Shown here one piece after another: positions 1 to 12,000 of a stretch of DNA of 64,000 nt. The position numbers and the translations under genes were made by a program. The notes beneath the pieces were generated by a model. It had not been told where the DNA came from. It made no database searches and worked only from the letters and a program-made list of their open reading frames with translations. Numbering within the stretch: the first letter of the stretch is position 1; each line of letters starts with the position of its first letter. This stretch comes from Rebecca billardiae RCC1528 (Eukaryota; Protista; Haptophyta), in the NCBI GenBank assembly GCA_965240325.2, contig OZ251248.1, positions 558,001 through 622,000 on the forward strand. Reading direction: 5' to 3'.

Positions 1-3000
1 GTGGCGGGCTGGGCGGCGGTGACGGTGGAGGCGACGGCGGTGGGCTCGGCGGCGGTGGGCTTGGCGGCGGGCTCGGCGGTGGGCTCGGCGGCGGGCTCGG
101 CGGCGGGCTCGGCGGCGGTGACGGAGGAGGCGATGGCGGGGGACTCGGAGGCGGGCTTGGCGGTGGCGAAGGCGGTGGGCTTGGCGGCGGGTTCGGCGGA
201 GGGCTAGGTGGCGGGCTTGGTGGCGGGCTCGGCGGCGGGCTTGGGGGGGGCGGGCTCGGTGGAGGGCTGGGCGGCGGGCTGGGCGGAGGCGACGGTGGCG
301 GGACCGGCGGTGGCGAAGGAGGCGGACTTGGTGGTGGACTGGGCGGTGGGCTCGGCGGGGGGCTCGGCGGTGGTGTCGGCGGCGGGCTTGGCGGCGGTGA
401 GGGTGGCGGGCTCGGTGGCGGAGACGGCGGTGGCGATGGAGGTGGGCTCGGTGGCGGGCTCGGCGGCGGGCTCGGCGGCGGGCTCGGCGGCGGCGGGCTG
501 GGCGGCGGGCTGGGCGGCGGGCTGGGCGGCGGGCTCGGCGGCGGGCGCGGCGGAGGGCTTGGTGGAGGGCTTGGAGGCGGACTCGGCGGCGGGCTCGGCG
601 GCGGGCTCGGCGGCGGGCTCGGCGGCGGACTTGGCGGAGGTGGGCTTGGCGGCGGTGACGGTGGCGGGCTCGGCGGTGGCGACGGCGGTGGCGACGGCGG
701 TGGGCTCGGCGGCGGGCTTGGAGGCGGGCTCGGTGGCGGGCTCGGCGGCGGAGGGCTGGGTGGCGGGCTGGGTGGCGGGCTGGGCGGTGGGCTGGGCGGC
801 GGACTCGGTGGCGGGCTCGGCGGAGGGCTGGGCGGCGGGCTCGGCGGCGGGCTCGGCGGCGGCAGCGGCGGCGGGCTCGGCGGCGGGCTCGGCGGCGGGC
901 TCGGCGGTGGGCTCGGTGGTGGGCTCGGAGGTGGGCTCGGAGGCGGTGGGCTGGGTGGCGGGCTGGGCGGCGGGCTGGGCGGAGGCGACGGTGGCGGGAC
1001 CGGCGGTGGCGAGGGGGGCGGACTTGGTGGTGGAATGGGCGGTGGGCTCGGCGGCGGGCTCGGCGGTGGTGACGGCGGCGGACTGGGCGGCGGTGATGGT
1101 GGCGGGCTCGGTGGTGGTGACGGTGGCGGACTCGGCGGCGGTGATGGTGGCGGGCTCGGTGGTGGTGACGGTGGCGGACTCGGCGGCGGTGATGGTGGCG
1201 GGCTCGGTGGTGGTGACGGTGGCGGACTGGGCGGTGGCGGGCTTGGCGGCGGACTCGGCGGCGGCGACGGCGGAGGCGACGGCGGAGGACTCGGAGGAGG
1301 GCTCGGAGGGGGTGACGGCGGCGGCGATGGCGGCGGGCTGGGCGGGGGCGACGGCGGCGGGCTGGGAGGCGGACTCGGTGGCGGGCTCGGCGGCGGGCTT
1401 GGCGGCGGGCTTGGCGGCGGGCTTGGCGGAGGTGGGCTTGGCGGCGGTGACGGCGGCGGGCTCGGCGGCGGAGACGGCGGTGGCGACGGCGGTGGGCTCG
1501 GTGGCGGGCTCGGAGGCGGGCTCGGCGGCGGGCTCGGCGGCGGAGGGCTGGGTGGCGGGCTGGGCGGCGGGCTGGGCGGCGGGCTTGGCGGCGGACTCGG
1601 TGGTGGGCTCGGCGGTGGGCTGGGCGGCGGGCTCGGTGGCGGGCTCGGCGGCGGCAACGGTGGCGGGCTGGGCGGTGGGCTCGGCGGCGGGCTCGGCGGT
1701 GGGCTCGGCGGTGGGCTCGGAGGGGGGCTCGGAGGCGGTGGGCTGGGTGGCGGGCTGGGCGGCGGGCTGGGCGGAGGCGACGGTGGCGGGATCGGCGGTG
1801 GCGAAGGAGGCGGGCTTGGTGGTGGACTGGGCGGCGGGCTCGGCGGCGGGCTCGGCGGTGGTGACGGCGGTGGGCTTGGCGGCGGTGAGGGTGGCGGGCT
1901 CGGCGGCGGAGACGGCGGTGGCGATGGAGGTGGGCTCGGTGGCGGGCTTGGCGGCGGGCTCGGCGGCGGGCTCGGCGGCGGAGGGCTGGGCGGCGGGCTG
2001 GGCGGCGGGCTGGGCGGCGGGCTTGGTGGCGGACTCGGTGGTGGGCTCGGCGGTGGGCTGGGGGGCGGGCTCGGCGGCGGGCTCGGCGGCGGGCTCGGCG
2101 GCGGGCTTGGCGGCGGGCTTGGCGGTGGTGGGCTTGGCGGCGGTGAGGGTGGCGGGCTCGGCGGCGGAGACGGCGGTGGCGACGGCGGTGGGCTCGGTGG
2201 CGGGCTCGGAGGCGGGCTCGGCGGCGGGCTCGGCGGCGGAGGGCTGGGTGGCGGGCTGGGCGGCGGGCTGGGCGGCGGGCTTGGCGGCGGACTCGGTGGT
2301 GGGCTCGGCGGTGGGCTGGGCGGCGGGCTCGGTGGCGGGCTCGGCGGCGGCAACGGTGGCGGGCTGGGTGGTGGGCTCGGCGGCGGGCTCGGCGGTGGGC
2401 TCGGCGGTGGGCTCGGAGGGGGGCTCGGAGGCGGTGGGCTGGGTGGCGGGCTGGGCGGCGGGCTGGGCGGAGGCGACGGTGGCGGGATCGGCGGTGGCGA
2501 AGGAGGCGGGCTTGGTGGTGGACTGGGCGGCGGGCTCGGCGGCGGGCTCGGCGGTGGTGACGGCGGTGGGCTTGGCGGCGGTGATGGTGGCGGGCTCGGC
2601 GGCGGAGACGGCGGTGGCGATGGAGGTGGGCTCGGTGGCGGGCTTGGCGGCGGGCTCGGCGGCGGGCTCGGCGGCGGAGGGCTGGGCGGCGGGCTGGGCG
2701 GCGGGCTGGGCGGCGGGCTTGGTGGCGGACTCGGTGGTGGGCTCGGCGGTGGGCTGGGGGGCGGGCTCGGCGGCGGGCTCGGCGGCGGGCTCGGCGGCGG
2801 GCTTGGCGGCGGGCTTGGCGGTGGTGGGCTTGGCGGCGGTGACGGTGGCGGGCTCGGCGGCGGAGACGGCGGTGGCGACGGCGGTGGGCTCGGTGGCGGG
2901 CTCGGAGGCGGGCTCGGCGGCGGGCTCGGCGGCGGAGGGCTGGGTGGCGGGCTGGGCGGCGGGCTGGGCGGCGGGCTTGGCGGCGGACTCGGTGGTGGGC

Positions 3001-6000
3001 TCGGCGGTGGGCTGGGCGGCGGGCTCGGTGGCGGGCTCGGCGGCGGCAACGGTGGCGGGCTGGGTGGTGGGCTCGGCGGCGGGCTCGGCGGTGGGCTCGG
3101 CGGTGGGCTCGGAGGGGGGCTCGGAGGCGGTGGGCTGGGTGGCGGGCTGGGCGGCGGGCTGGGCGGAGGCGACGGTGGCGGGATCGGCGGTGGCGAAGGA
3201 GGCGGGCTTGGTGGTGGACTGGGCGGCGGGCTCGGCGGCGGGCTCGGCGGTGGTGACGGCGGTGGGCTTGGCGGCGGTGAGGGTGGCGGGCTCGGCGGCG
3301 GAGACGGCGGTGGCGATGGAGGTGGGCTCGGTGGCGGGCTTGGCGGCGGGCTCGGCGGCGGGCTCGGCGGCGGAGGGCTGGGCGGCGGGCTGGGCGGCGG
3401 GCTGGGCGGCGGGCTTGGTGGCGGACTCGGTGGTGGGCTCGGCGGTGGGCTGGGGGGCGGGCTCGGCGGCGGGCTCGGCGGCGGGCTCGGCGGCGGGCTT
3501 GGCGGCGGGCTTGGCGGTGGTGGGCTTGGCGGCGGTGACGGTGGCGGGCTCGGCGGCGGAGACGGCGGTGGCGACGGCGGTGGGCTCGGTGGCGGGCTCG
3601 GAGGCGGGCTCGGCGGCGGGCTCGGCGGCGGAGGGCTGGGTGGCGGGCTGGGCGGCGGGCTGGGCGGCGGGCTTGGCGGCGGACTCGGTGGTGGGCTCGG
3701 CGGTGGGCTGGGCGGCGGGCTCGGTGGCGGGCTCGGCGGCGGCAACGGTGGCGGGCTGGGTGGTGGGCTCGGCGGCGGGCTCGGCGGTGGGCTCGGCGGT
3801 GGGCTCGGAGGGGGGCTCGGAGGCGGTGGGCTGGGTGGCGGGCTGGGCGGCGGGCTGGGCGGAGGCGACGGTGGCGGGATCGGCGGTGGCGAAGGAGGCG
3901 GGCTTGGTGGTGGACTGGGCGGCGGGCTCGGCGGCGGGCTCGGCGGTGGTGACGGCGGTGGGCTTGGCGGCGGTGAGGGTGGCGGGCTCGGCGGCGGAGA
4001 CGGCGGTGGCGATGGAGGTGGGCTCGGTGGCGGGCTTGGCGGCGGGCTCGGCGGCGGGCTCGGCGGCGGAGGGCTGGGCGGCGGGCTGGGCGGCGGGCTG
4101 GGCGGCGGGCTCGGCGGCGGGCGCGGCGGAGGGCTTGGCGGAGGGCTGGGGGGCGGGCTCGGCGGCGGGCTCGGCGGCGGGCTTGGCGGCGGGCTTGGCG
4201 GCGGGCTTGGCGGTGGTGGGCTTGGCGGCGGTGACGGTGGCGGGCTCGGCGGCGGAGACGGCGGTGGCGACGGCGGTGGGCTCGGTGGCGGGCTCGGTGG
4301 CGGGCTCGGCGGCGGGCTCGGCGGCGGAGGGCTGGGTGGCGGGCTGGGCGGCGGGCTGGGCGGCGGGCTTGGCGGCGGACTCGGTGGTGGGCTCGGAGGT
4401 GGGCTGGGCGGCGGGCTCGGTGGCGGGCTCGGCGGCGGCAACGGTGGCGGGCTGGGCGGTGGGCTCGGCGGCGGGCTCGGCGGTGGGCTCGGCGGTGGGC
4501 TTGGAGGGGGGCTCGGAGGCGGTGGGCTGGGTGGCGGGCTGGGCGGCGGGCTGGGCGGAGGCGACGGTGGCGGGATCGGCGGTGGCGAAGGAGGCGGGCT
4601 TGGCGGCGGACTGGGCGGCGGGCTCGGCGGCGGGCTCGGCGGTGGTGACGGCGGTGGGCTTGGCGGCGGTGATGGTGGCGGGCTCGGCGGCGGAGACGGC
4701 GGTGGCGACGGCGGTGGGCTCGGTGGCGGGCTTGGCGGCGGGCTCGGCGGCGGGCTCGGCGGCGGAGGGCTGGGCGGCGGGCTGGGCGGCGGGCTGGGCG
4801 GCGGGCTTGGTGGCGGACTCGGTGGTGGGCTCGGCGGTGGGCTGGGGGGTGGGCTCGGCGGCGGGCTCGGCGGCGGGCTCGGCGGCGGGCTTGGCGGCGG
4901 GCGTGGCGGTGGTGGGCTTGGCGGCGGTGACGGTGGCGGGCTCGGCGGCGGAGACGGCGGTGGCGACGGCGGTGGGCTCGGTGGCGGGCTCGGAGGCGGG
5001 CTCGGCGGCGGGCTCGGCGGCGGAGGGCTGGGTGGCGGGCTGGGCGGCGGGCTGGGCGGCGGGCTGGGCGGCGGACTCGGTGGTGGGCTCGGCGGTGGGC
5101 TGGGTGGCGGGCTCGGTGGCGGGCTCGGCGGCGGCAACGGTGGCGGGCTGGGTGGTGGGCTCGGCGGCGGGCTCGGCGGTGGGCTCGGCGGTGGGCTCGG
5201 AGGGGGGCTCGGAGGCGGTGGGCTGGGTGGCGGGCTGGGCGGCGGGCTGGGCGGAGGCGACGGTGGCGGAATCGGCGGTGGCGAAGGAGGCGGGCTTGGT
5301 GGTGGACTGGGTGGCGGGCTCGGCGGTGGGCTCGGCGGTGGTGACGGCGGTGGGCCTGGCGGCGGTGATGGTGGCGGGCTCGGAGGTGGTGACGGTGGTG
5401 GGCTGGGCGGCGGCGGGCTCGGCGGCGGGCTTGGTGGAGGCAAAGGCGGAGGCGACGGCGGAGGACTCGGAGGAGGAGCCGGCGGTGGTGACGGCGGCGG
5501 CGATGGCGGCGGACTCGGCGGGGGCGACGGTGGCGGACTGGGAGGCGGGCTCGGTGGCGGGCTCGGCGGCGGACTCGGCGGCGGGCTCGGCGGCGGGCTT
5601 GGCGGAGGTGGGCTCGGCGGCGGGGACGGGGGCGGGCTCGGCGGCGGGCTCGGCGGGGGGCTCGGTGGCGGTACTGGAGGCGGGCTCGGCGGCGGAGACG
5701 GCGGTGGAGACGGAGGTGGGCTTGGTGGCGGGCTCGGGGGGGGGCTGGGCGGCGGGCTCGGTGGCGGTGGGCTTGGTGGCGGGCTCGGCGGAGGGCTCGG
5801 CGGCGGGCTCGGCGGAGGGCTCGGCGGTGGCGATGGGGGCGGGCTGGGCGGCGGGCTAGGAGGTGGACTCGGTGGTGGGCTCGGCGGTGGGCTGGGCGGC
5901 GGCGATGGCGGTGGCGGGCTTGGCGGTGGGCTGGGCGGCGGGCTTGGCGGCGGGCTGGGAGGCGGCGAGGGTGGCGGGCTCGGCGGTGGAGATGGAGGCG

Positions 6001-9000
6001 GGCTGGGCGGCGGCTTTGGTGGAGGCGGGCTCGGAGGCGGGGACGGTGGCGGACTGGGTGGCGGGCTCGGCGGCGGGAGCGGAGGTGGAGGGCTTGGCGG
6101 CGGGCTTGGAGGTGGGCTCGGCGGTGGGCTTGGAGGCGGGCTCGGCGGCGGTGATGGCGGCGGGCTCGGCGGTGGGCTCGGCGGCGGTGCGGGCGGCGGG
6201 CTCGGCGGTGGGCTCGGCGGCGGAGACGGCGGCGGTGAAGGCGGCGGGCTCGGTGGTGGACTCGGCGGCGGCTTCGGCGGAGGCGGGCTCGGTGGGGGGC
6301 TCGGCGGAGGGCTCGGCGGCGGGCTCGGCGGAGGGCTCGGCGGTGGCGATGGGGGCGGACTGGGCGGCGGGCTAGGAGGTGGGCTCGGTGGTGGGCTCGG
6401 CGGTGGGCTGGGCGGCGGCGATGGCGGTGGCGGGCTGGGCGGTGGGCTGGGAGGCGGGCTAGGAGGCGGCCTGGGAGGCGGCGAGGGTGGCGGGCTGGGC
6501 GGCGGCGATGGCGGTGGGCTCGGCGGCGGCTTTGGCGGAGGCGGGCTCGGTGGTGGGCTCGGCGGCGGGCTCGGTGGCGGGCTCGGCGGCGGGAGCGGAG
6601 GTGGAGGGCTTGGGGGCGGGCTTGGAGGTGGGCTCGGCGGCGGGCTTGGAGGCGGGCTCGGCGGAGGCGACGGCGGCGGACTCGGTGGCGGGCTCGGCGG
6701 CGGTGAGGGCGGTGGGCTCGGCGGTGGGCTCGGCGGAGGGCTCGGCGGCGGTGAGGGCGGCGGGCTTGGCGGTGGACTCGGTGGTGGCTTCGGCGGCGGC
6801 GGGCTCGGTGGCGGGCTCGGCGGTGGGCTCGGCGGCGGGCTCGGCGGGGGACTCGGAGGCGGGCTCGGAGGCGGGCTTGGTGGCGGCGACGGCGGCGGGC
6901 TCGGCGGCGGACTCGGTGGCGGGCTCGGCGGCGGCAGTGGCGGCGGCGGGCTCGGCGGCGGGCTCGGCGGCGGGCTCGGTGGTGGGCTCGGCGGTGGGCT
7001 GGGCGGCGGTGATGGCGGCGGGCTCGGCGGGGGGCTCGGCGGCGGACTGGGTGGCGGGCTCGGCGGCGGGCTTGGCGGCGGCATTGGCGGAGGCGGACTC
7101 GGCGGCGGGCTCGGCGGTGGGCTCGGCGGTGGGCTCGGAGGCGGGCTCGGGGGCGGCGACGGCGGCGGGCTGGGCGGGGGGCTGGGAGGTGGGCTCGGCG
7201 GTGGGCTCGGTGGTGGGCTGGGCGGCGGCGATGGCGGTGGCGGGCTCGGTGGCGGGCTCGGTGGCGGGCTAGGTGGAGGGCTGGGCGGCGGCGAGGGCGG
7301 TGGGCTCGGTGGAGGGCTGGGCGGTGGGCTGGGCGGTGGTTCGGGCGGGGGCGGACTGGGCGGCGGACTCGGCGGTGGGCTCGGCGGCGGGCTCGGCGGC
7401 GGGCTCGGCGGTGGCGACGGGGGCGGACTGGGCGGCGGGCTAGGAGGTGGGCTCGGCGGTGGGCTCGGCGGTGGGCTTGGCGGCGGCGACGGCGGTGGCG
7501 GGCTGGGCGGCGGGCTAGGTGGTGGGCTGGGGGGCGGGCTCGGCGGCGGGCTCGGCGGCGGGCTCGGCGGCGGCGATGGCGGGGGGCTGGGTGGCGGCTT
7601 TGGTGGAGGCGGGCTCGGCGGCGGGCTTGGCGGCGGGCTTGGCGGCGGGCTCGGCGGCGGCAGGGGGGGTGGCGGGCTCGGTGGCGGGCTCGGTGGTGGG
7701 CTCGGCGGTGGGCTCGGAGGCGGGCTCGGCGGCGGTGATGGCGGCGGGCTCGGCGGTGGGCTCGGCGGCGGTGCGGGCGGCGGGCTCGGCGGTGGGCTCG
7801 GCGGCGGAGACGGCGGCGGTGAAGGCGGCGGGCTCGGTGGTGGACTCGGCGGCGGCTTCGGCGGAGGCGGGCTTGGTGGGGGGCTCGGCGGCGGGCTCGG
7901 CGGCGGGCTCGGCGGCGGACTCGGAGGGGGGCTCGGAGGCGGGCTCGGCGGCGGGCTCGGCGGAGGGCTCGGCGGTGGCGATGGGGGCGGACTAGGCGGC
8001 GGGCTAGGAGGTGGACTCGGTGGTGGGCTCGGCGGTGGGCTGGGCGGCGGTGATGGCGGTGGCGGGCTGGGCGGTGGGCTTGGCGGCGGGCTGGGAGGCG
8101 GGCTGGGAGGCGGCGAGGGTGGCGGGCTGGGCGGCGGCGATGGCGGTGGGCTCGGCGGCGGCTTTGGTGGAGGCGGGCTCGGAGGCGGGGACGGTGGCGG
8201 ACTGGGTGGCGGGCTCGGCGGCGGGAGCGGAGGTGGAGGGCTTGGCGGCGGGCTTGGAGGTGGGCTCGGAGGCGGGCTTGGAGGCGGACTTGGCGGAGGT
8301 GACGGCGGCGGACTCGGTGGCGGGCTCGGCGGCGGTGAGGGCGGTGGGCTTGGCGGTGGGCTCGGCGGAGGGCTCGGCGGCGGTGATGGCGGCGGGCTCG
8401 GCGGTGGGCTCGGCGGCGGCTTCGGCGGAGGCGGGCTCGGTGGGGGGCTCGGCGGTGGGCTCGGCGGCGGGCTCGGCGGGGGACTCGGAGGCGGGCTCGG
8501 AGGCGGGCTCGGCGGTGGCGACGGGGGCGGGCTTGGCGGCGGGCTCGGCGGCGGGCTCGGCGGAGGCAGCGGCGGCGGCGGGCTCGGCGGCGGGCTCGGT
8601 GGCGGGCTTGGCGGCGGGCTGGGAGGAGGGCTGGGCGGCGGTGATGGCGGCGGGCTCGGAGGTGGGCTCGGCGGTGGACTGGGTGGCGGACTCGGCGGCG
8701 GGCTCGGCGGCGGACTCGGCGGAGGCGGACTCGGCGGTGGGCTCGGCGGCGGGCTCGGCGGCGGGCTTGGCGGCGGGCTCGGCGGCGGCGATGGGGGCGG
8801 ACTGGGCGGCGGGCTAGGAGGTGGGCTTGGCGGTGTGCTCGGCGGTGGGCTGGGCGGCGGCGATGGCGGTGGCGGGCTCGGCGGCGGGCTGGGGGGTGGG
8901 CTGGGAGGTGGGCTGGGCGGAGGCGAGGGTGGCGGGCTCGGCGGCGGCGATGGCGGCGGGCTGGGCGGCGGCTTCGGTGGAGGCGGGCTCGGAGGTGGGG

Positions 9001-12000
9001 ACGGTGGCGGACTGGGTGGCGGGCTCGGCGGCGGCTTTGGTGGAGGCGGGCTCGGAGGCGGGCTCGGCGGCGGGCTTGGCGGCGGGCTTGGAGGCGGGCT
9101 CGGCGGAGGCGACGGCGGCGGACTCGGTGGCGGGCTCGGCGGCGGTGAGGGCGGTGGGCTCGGCGGTGGGCTCGGCGGCGGAGACGGTGGAGGTGAAGGC
9201 GGCGGGCTCGGCGGTGGACTTGGCGGCGGCTTCGGCGGAGGCGGGCTCGGGGGGGGGCTCGGCGGAGGGCTCGGCGGCGGGCTCGGCGGAGGGCTGGGCG
9301 GTGGCGACGGGGGCGGGCTGGGCGGCGGGCTAGGAGGTGGGCTCGGCGGTGGGCTCGGCGGTGGGCTGGGCGGCGGCGATGGCGGTGGCGGGCTTGGCGG
9401 CGGGCTTGGCGGCGGGCTTGGAGGCGGACTGGGAGGCGGCGAGGGTGGCGGGCTCGGTGGCGGCGATGGCGGGGGGCTCGGCGGCGGCTTTGGTGGCGGC
9501 GGGCTCGGCGGCGGGCTCGGCGGCGGGCTCGGCGGCGGGCTTGGCGGCGGCAGTGGCGGTGGCGGGCTCGGCGGCGGGCTCGGCGGCGGGCTGGGCGGCG
9601 GACTTGGAGGGGGGCTGGGCGGCGGGCTCGGCGGTGGGCTCGGCGGAGGGCTCGGCGGCGGTGAGGGCGGCGGGCTCGGCGGTGGACTCGGCGGCGGCTT
9701 GGGCGGAGGCGGGCTTGGCGGGGGGCTCGGTGGCGGGCTCGGCGGCGGGCTTGGAGGAGGGCTGGGCGGCGGTGATGGCGGCGGGCTCGGAGGTGGGCTC
9801 GGCGGTGGACTGGGTGGCGGGCTCGGCGGTGGGCTGGGCGGCGGCGATGGCGGTGGCGGGCTTGGTGGCGGGCTCGGCGGTGGGCTCGGCGGCGGGCTGG
9901 GCGGAGGCGAGGGTGGCGGGCTCGGCGGCGGCGATGGAGGCGGGCTGGGCGGCGGCTTTGGTGGAGGCGGGCTCGGAGGTGGAGACGGTGGCGGACTCGG
10001 TGGCGGGCTCGGCGGCGGGAGCGGAGGTGGAGGGCTTGGCGGCGGGCTCGGAGGTGGGCTCGGCGGCGGGCTTGGAGGCGGGCTCGGCGGAGGCGACGGC
10101 GGCGGGCTTGGTGGCGGGCTCGGCGGCGGCGAGGGAGGTGGGCTCGGCGGCGGGCTCGGCGGAGGGCTCGGCGGCGGTGAGGGCGGCGGGCTCGGCGGTG
10201 GACTCGGCGGCGGCTTCGGCGGAGGCGGGCTCGGTGGCGGGCTCGGTGGCGGGCTCGGCGGCGGGGTTGGAGGAGGGCTGGGCGGCGGTGATGGCGGCGG
10301 GCTCGGAGGTGGGCTCGGCGGTGGACTGGGTGGCGGGCTCGGCGGTGGACTCGGCGGCGGCAGTGGCGGAGGCGGACTCGGCGGTGGGCTCGGCGGCGGG
10401 CTCGGCGGCGGGCTTGGAGGCGGGCTCGGCGGAGGCGACGGCGGCGGACTCGGTGGCGGGCTCGGAGGCGGTGAGGGCGGTGGGCTCGGCGGTGGGCTCG
10501 GCGGCGGAGACGGCGGCGGAGAAGGCGGCGGGCTCGGCGGTGGACTCGGCGGCGGCTTCGGCGGAGGCGGGCTCGGTGGGGGGCTCGGCGGTGGGCTCGG
10601 CGGCGGGCTCGGCGGTGGGCTTGGCGGTGGCGATGGGGGCGGACTGGGCGGCGGGCTAGGAGGTGGGCTCGGCGGTGGGCTCGGCGGTGGGCTGGGTGGC
10701 GGCGATGGCGGTGGCGGGCTCGGCGGCGGGCTCGGCGGCGGGCTCGGCGGTGGGCTGGGCGGAGGCGAGGGTGGCGGGCTCGGCGGCGGAGATGGCGGCG
10801 GGCTGGGCGGCGGCCTCGGTGGAGGCGGGCTCGGAGGTGGGGACGGTGGCGGACTGGGTGGCGGGCTCGGCGGAGGCTTTGGTGGAGGCGGGCTCGGCGG
10901 CGGGCTCGGCGGCGGGCTTGGCGGCGGGCTTGGAGGCGGGCTCGGCGGAGGCGAGGGCGGCGGACTCGGTGGCGGGCTCGGCGGCGGTGAGGGCGGCGGG
11001 CTCGGCGGTGGGCTCGGCGGCGGAGACGGTGGAGGTGAAGGCGGTGGGCTCGGCGGTGGACTCGGCGGCGGCTTCGGCGGAGGCGGGCTCGGTGGGGGGC
11101 TCGGCGGTGGGCTCGGCGGCGGGCTCGGCGGAGGGCTGGGCGGTGGCGACGGGGGCGGACTGGGCGGCGGGCTAGGAGGTGGGCTCGGTGGTGGGCTCGG
11201 CGGTGGGCTGGGCGGCGGCGATGGCGGTGGCGGGCTTGGTGGCGGGCTCGGCGGTGGGCTCGGCGGCGGGCTGGGCGGCGGGCTTGGCGGCGGGCGCGGC
11301 GGCGGCGATGGAGGCGGGCTGGGCGGCGGCTTTGGTGGAGGCGGGCTCGGAGGTGGAGACGGTGGCGGACTCGGTGGCGGGCTCGGCGGCGGGAGCGGAG
11401 GTGGAGGGCTTGGCGGCGGGCTCGGAGGTGGGCTCGGCGGCGGGCTTGGAGGCGGACTCGGCGGAGGCGACGGCGGCGGGCTTGGTGGTGGGCTCGGCGG
11501 CGGCGAGGGAGGTGGGCTCGGCGGCGGGCTCGGCGGAGGGCTCGGCGGCGGTGAGGGCGGCGGGCTCGGCGGTGGGCTCGGGGGCGGCTTCGGCGGAGGC
11601 GGGCTCGGTGGCGGGCTCGGTGGCGGGCTCGGCGGCGGGCTTGGAGGAGGGCTGGGCGGCGGTGATGGCGGCGGGCTCGGAGGTGGGCTCGGCGGTGGAC
11701 TGGGTGGTGGGCTCGGCGGTGGACTCGGCGGCGGCAGTGGCGGAGGCGGACTCGGCGGTGGGCTCGGCGGCGGGCTCGGCGGCGGGCTTGGAGGCGGGCT
11801 CGGCGGAGGCGACGGCGGCGGACTCGGTGGCGGGCTCGGAGGCGGTGAGGGCGGTGGGCTCGGCGGTGGGCTCGGCGGCGGAGACGGCGGCGGAGAAGGC
11901 GGCGGGCTCGGCGGTGGACTCGGCGGCGGCTTGGGCGGAGGCGGGCTCGGTGGGGGGCTCGGCGGTGGGCTCGGCGGCGGGCTCGGCGGCGGGCTCGGCG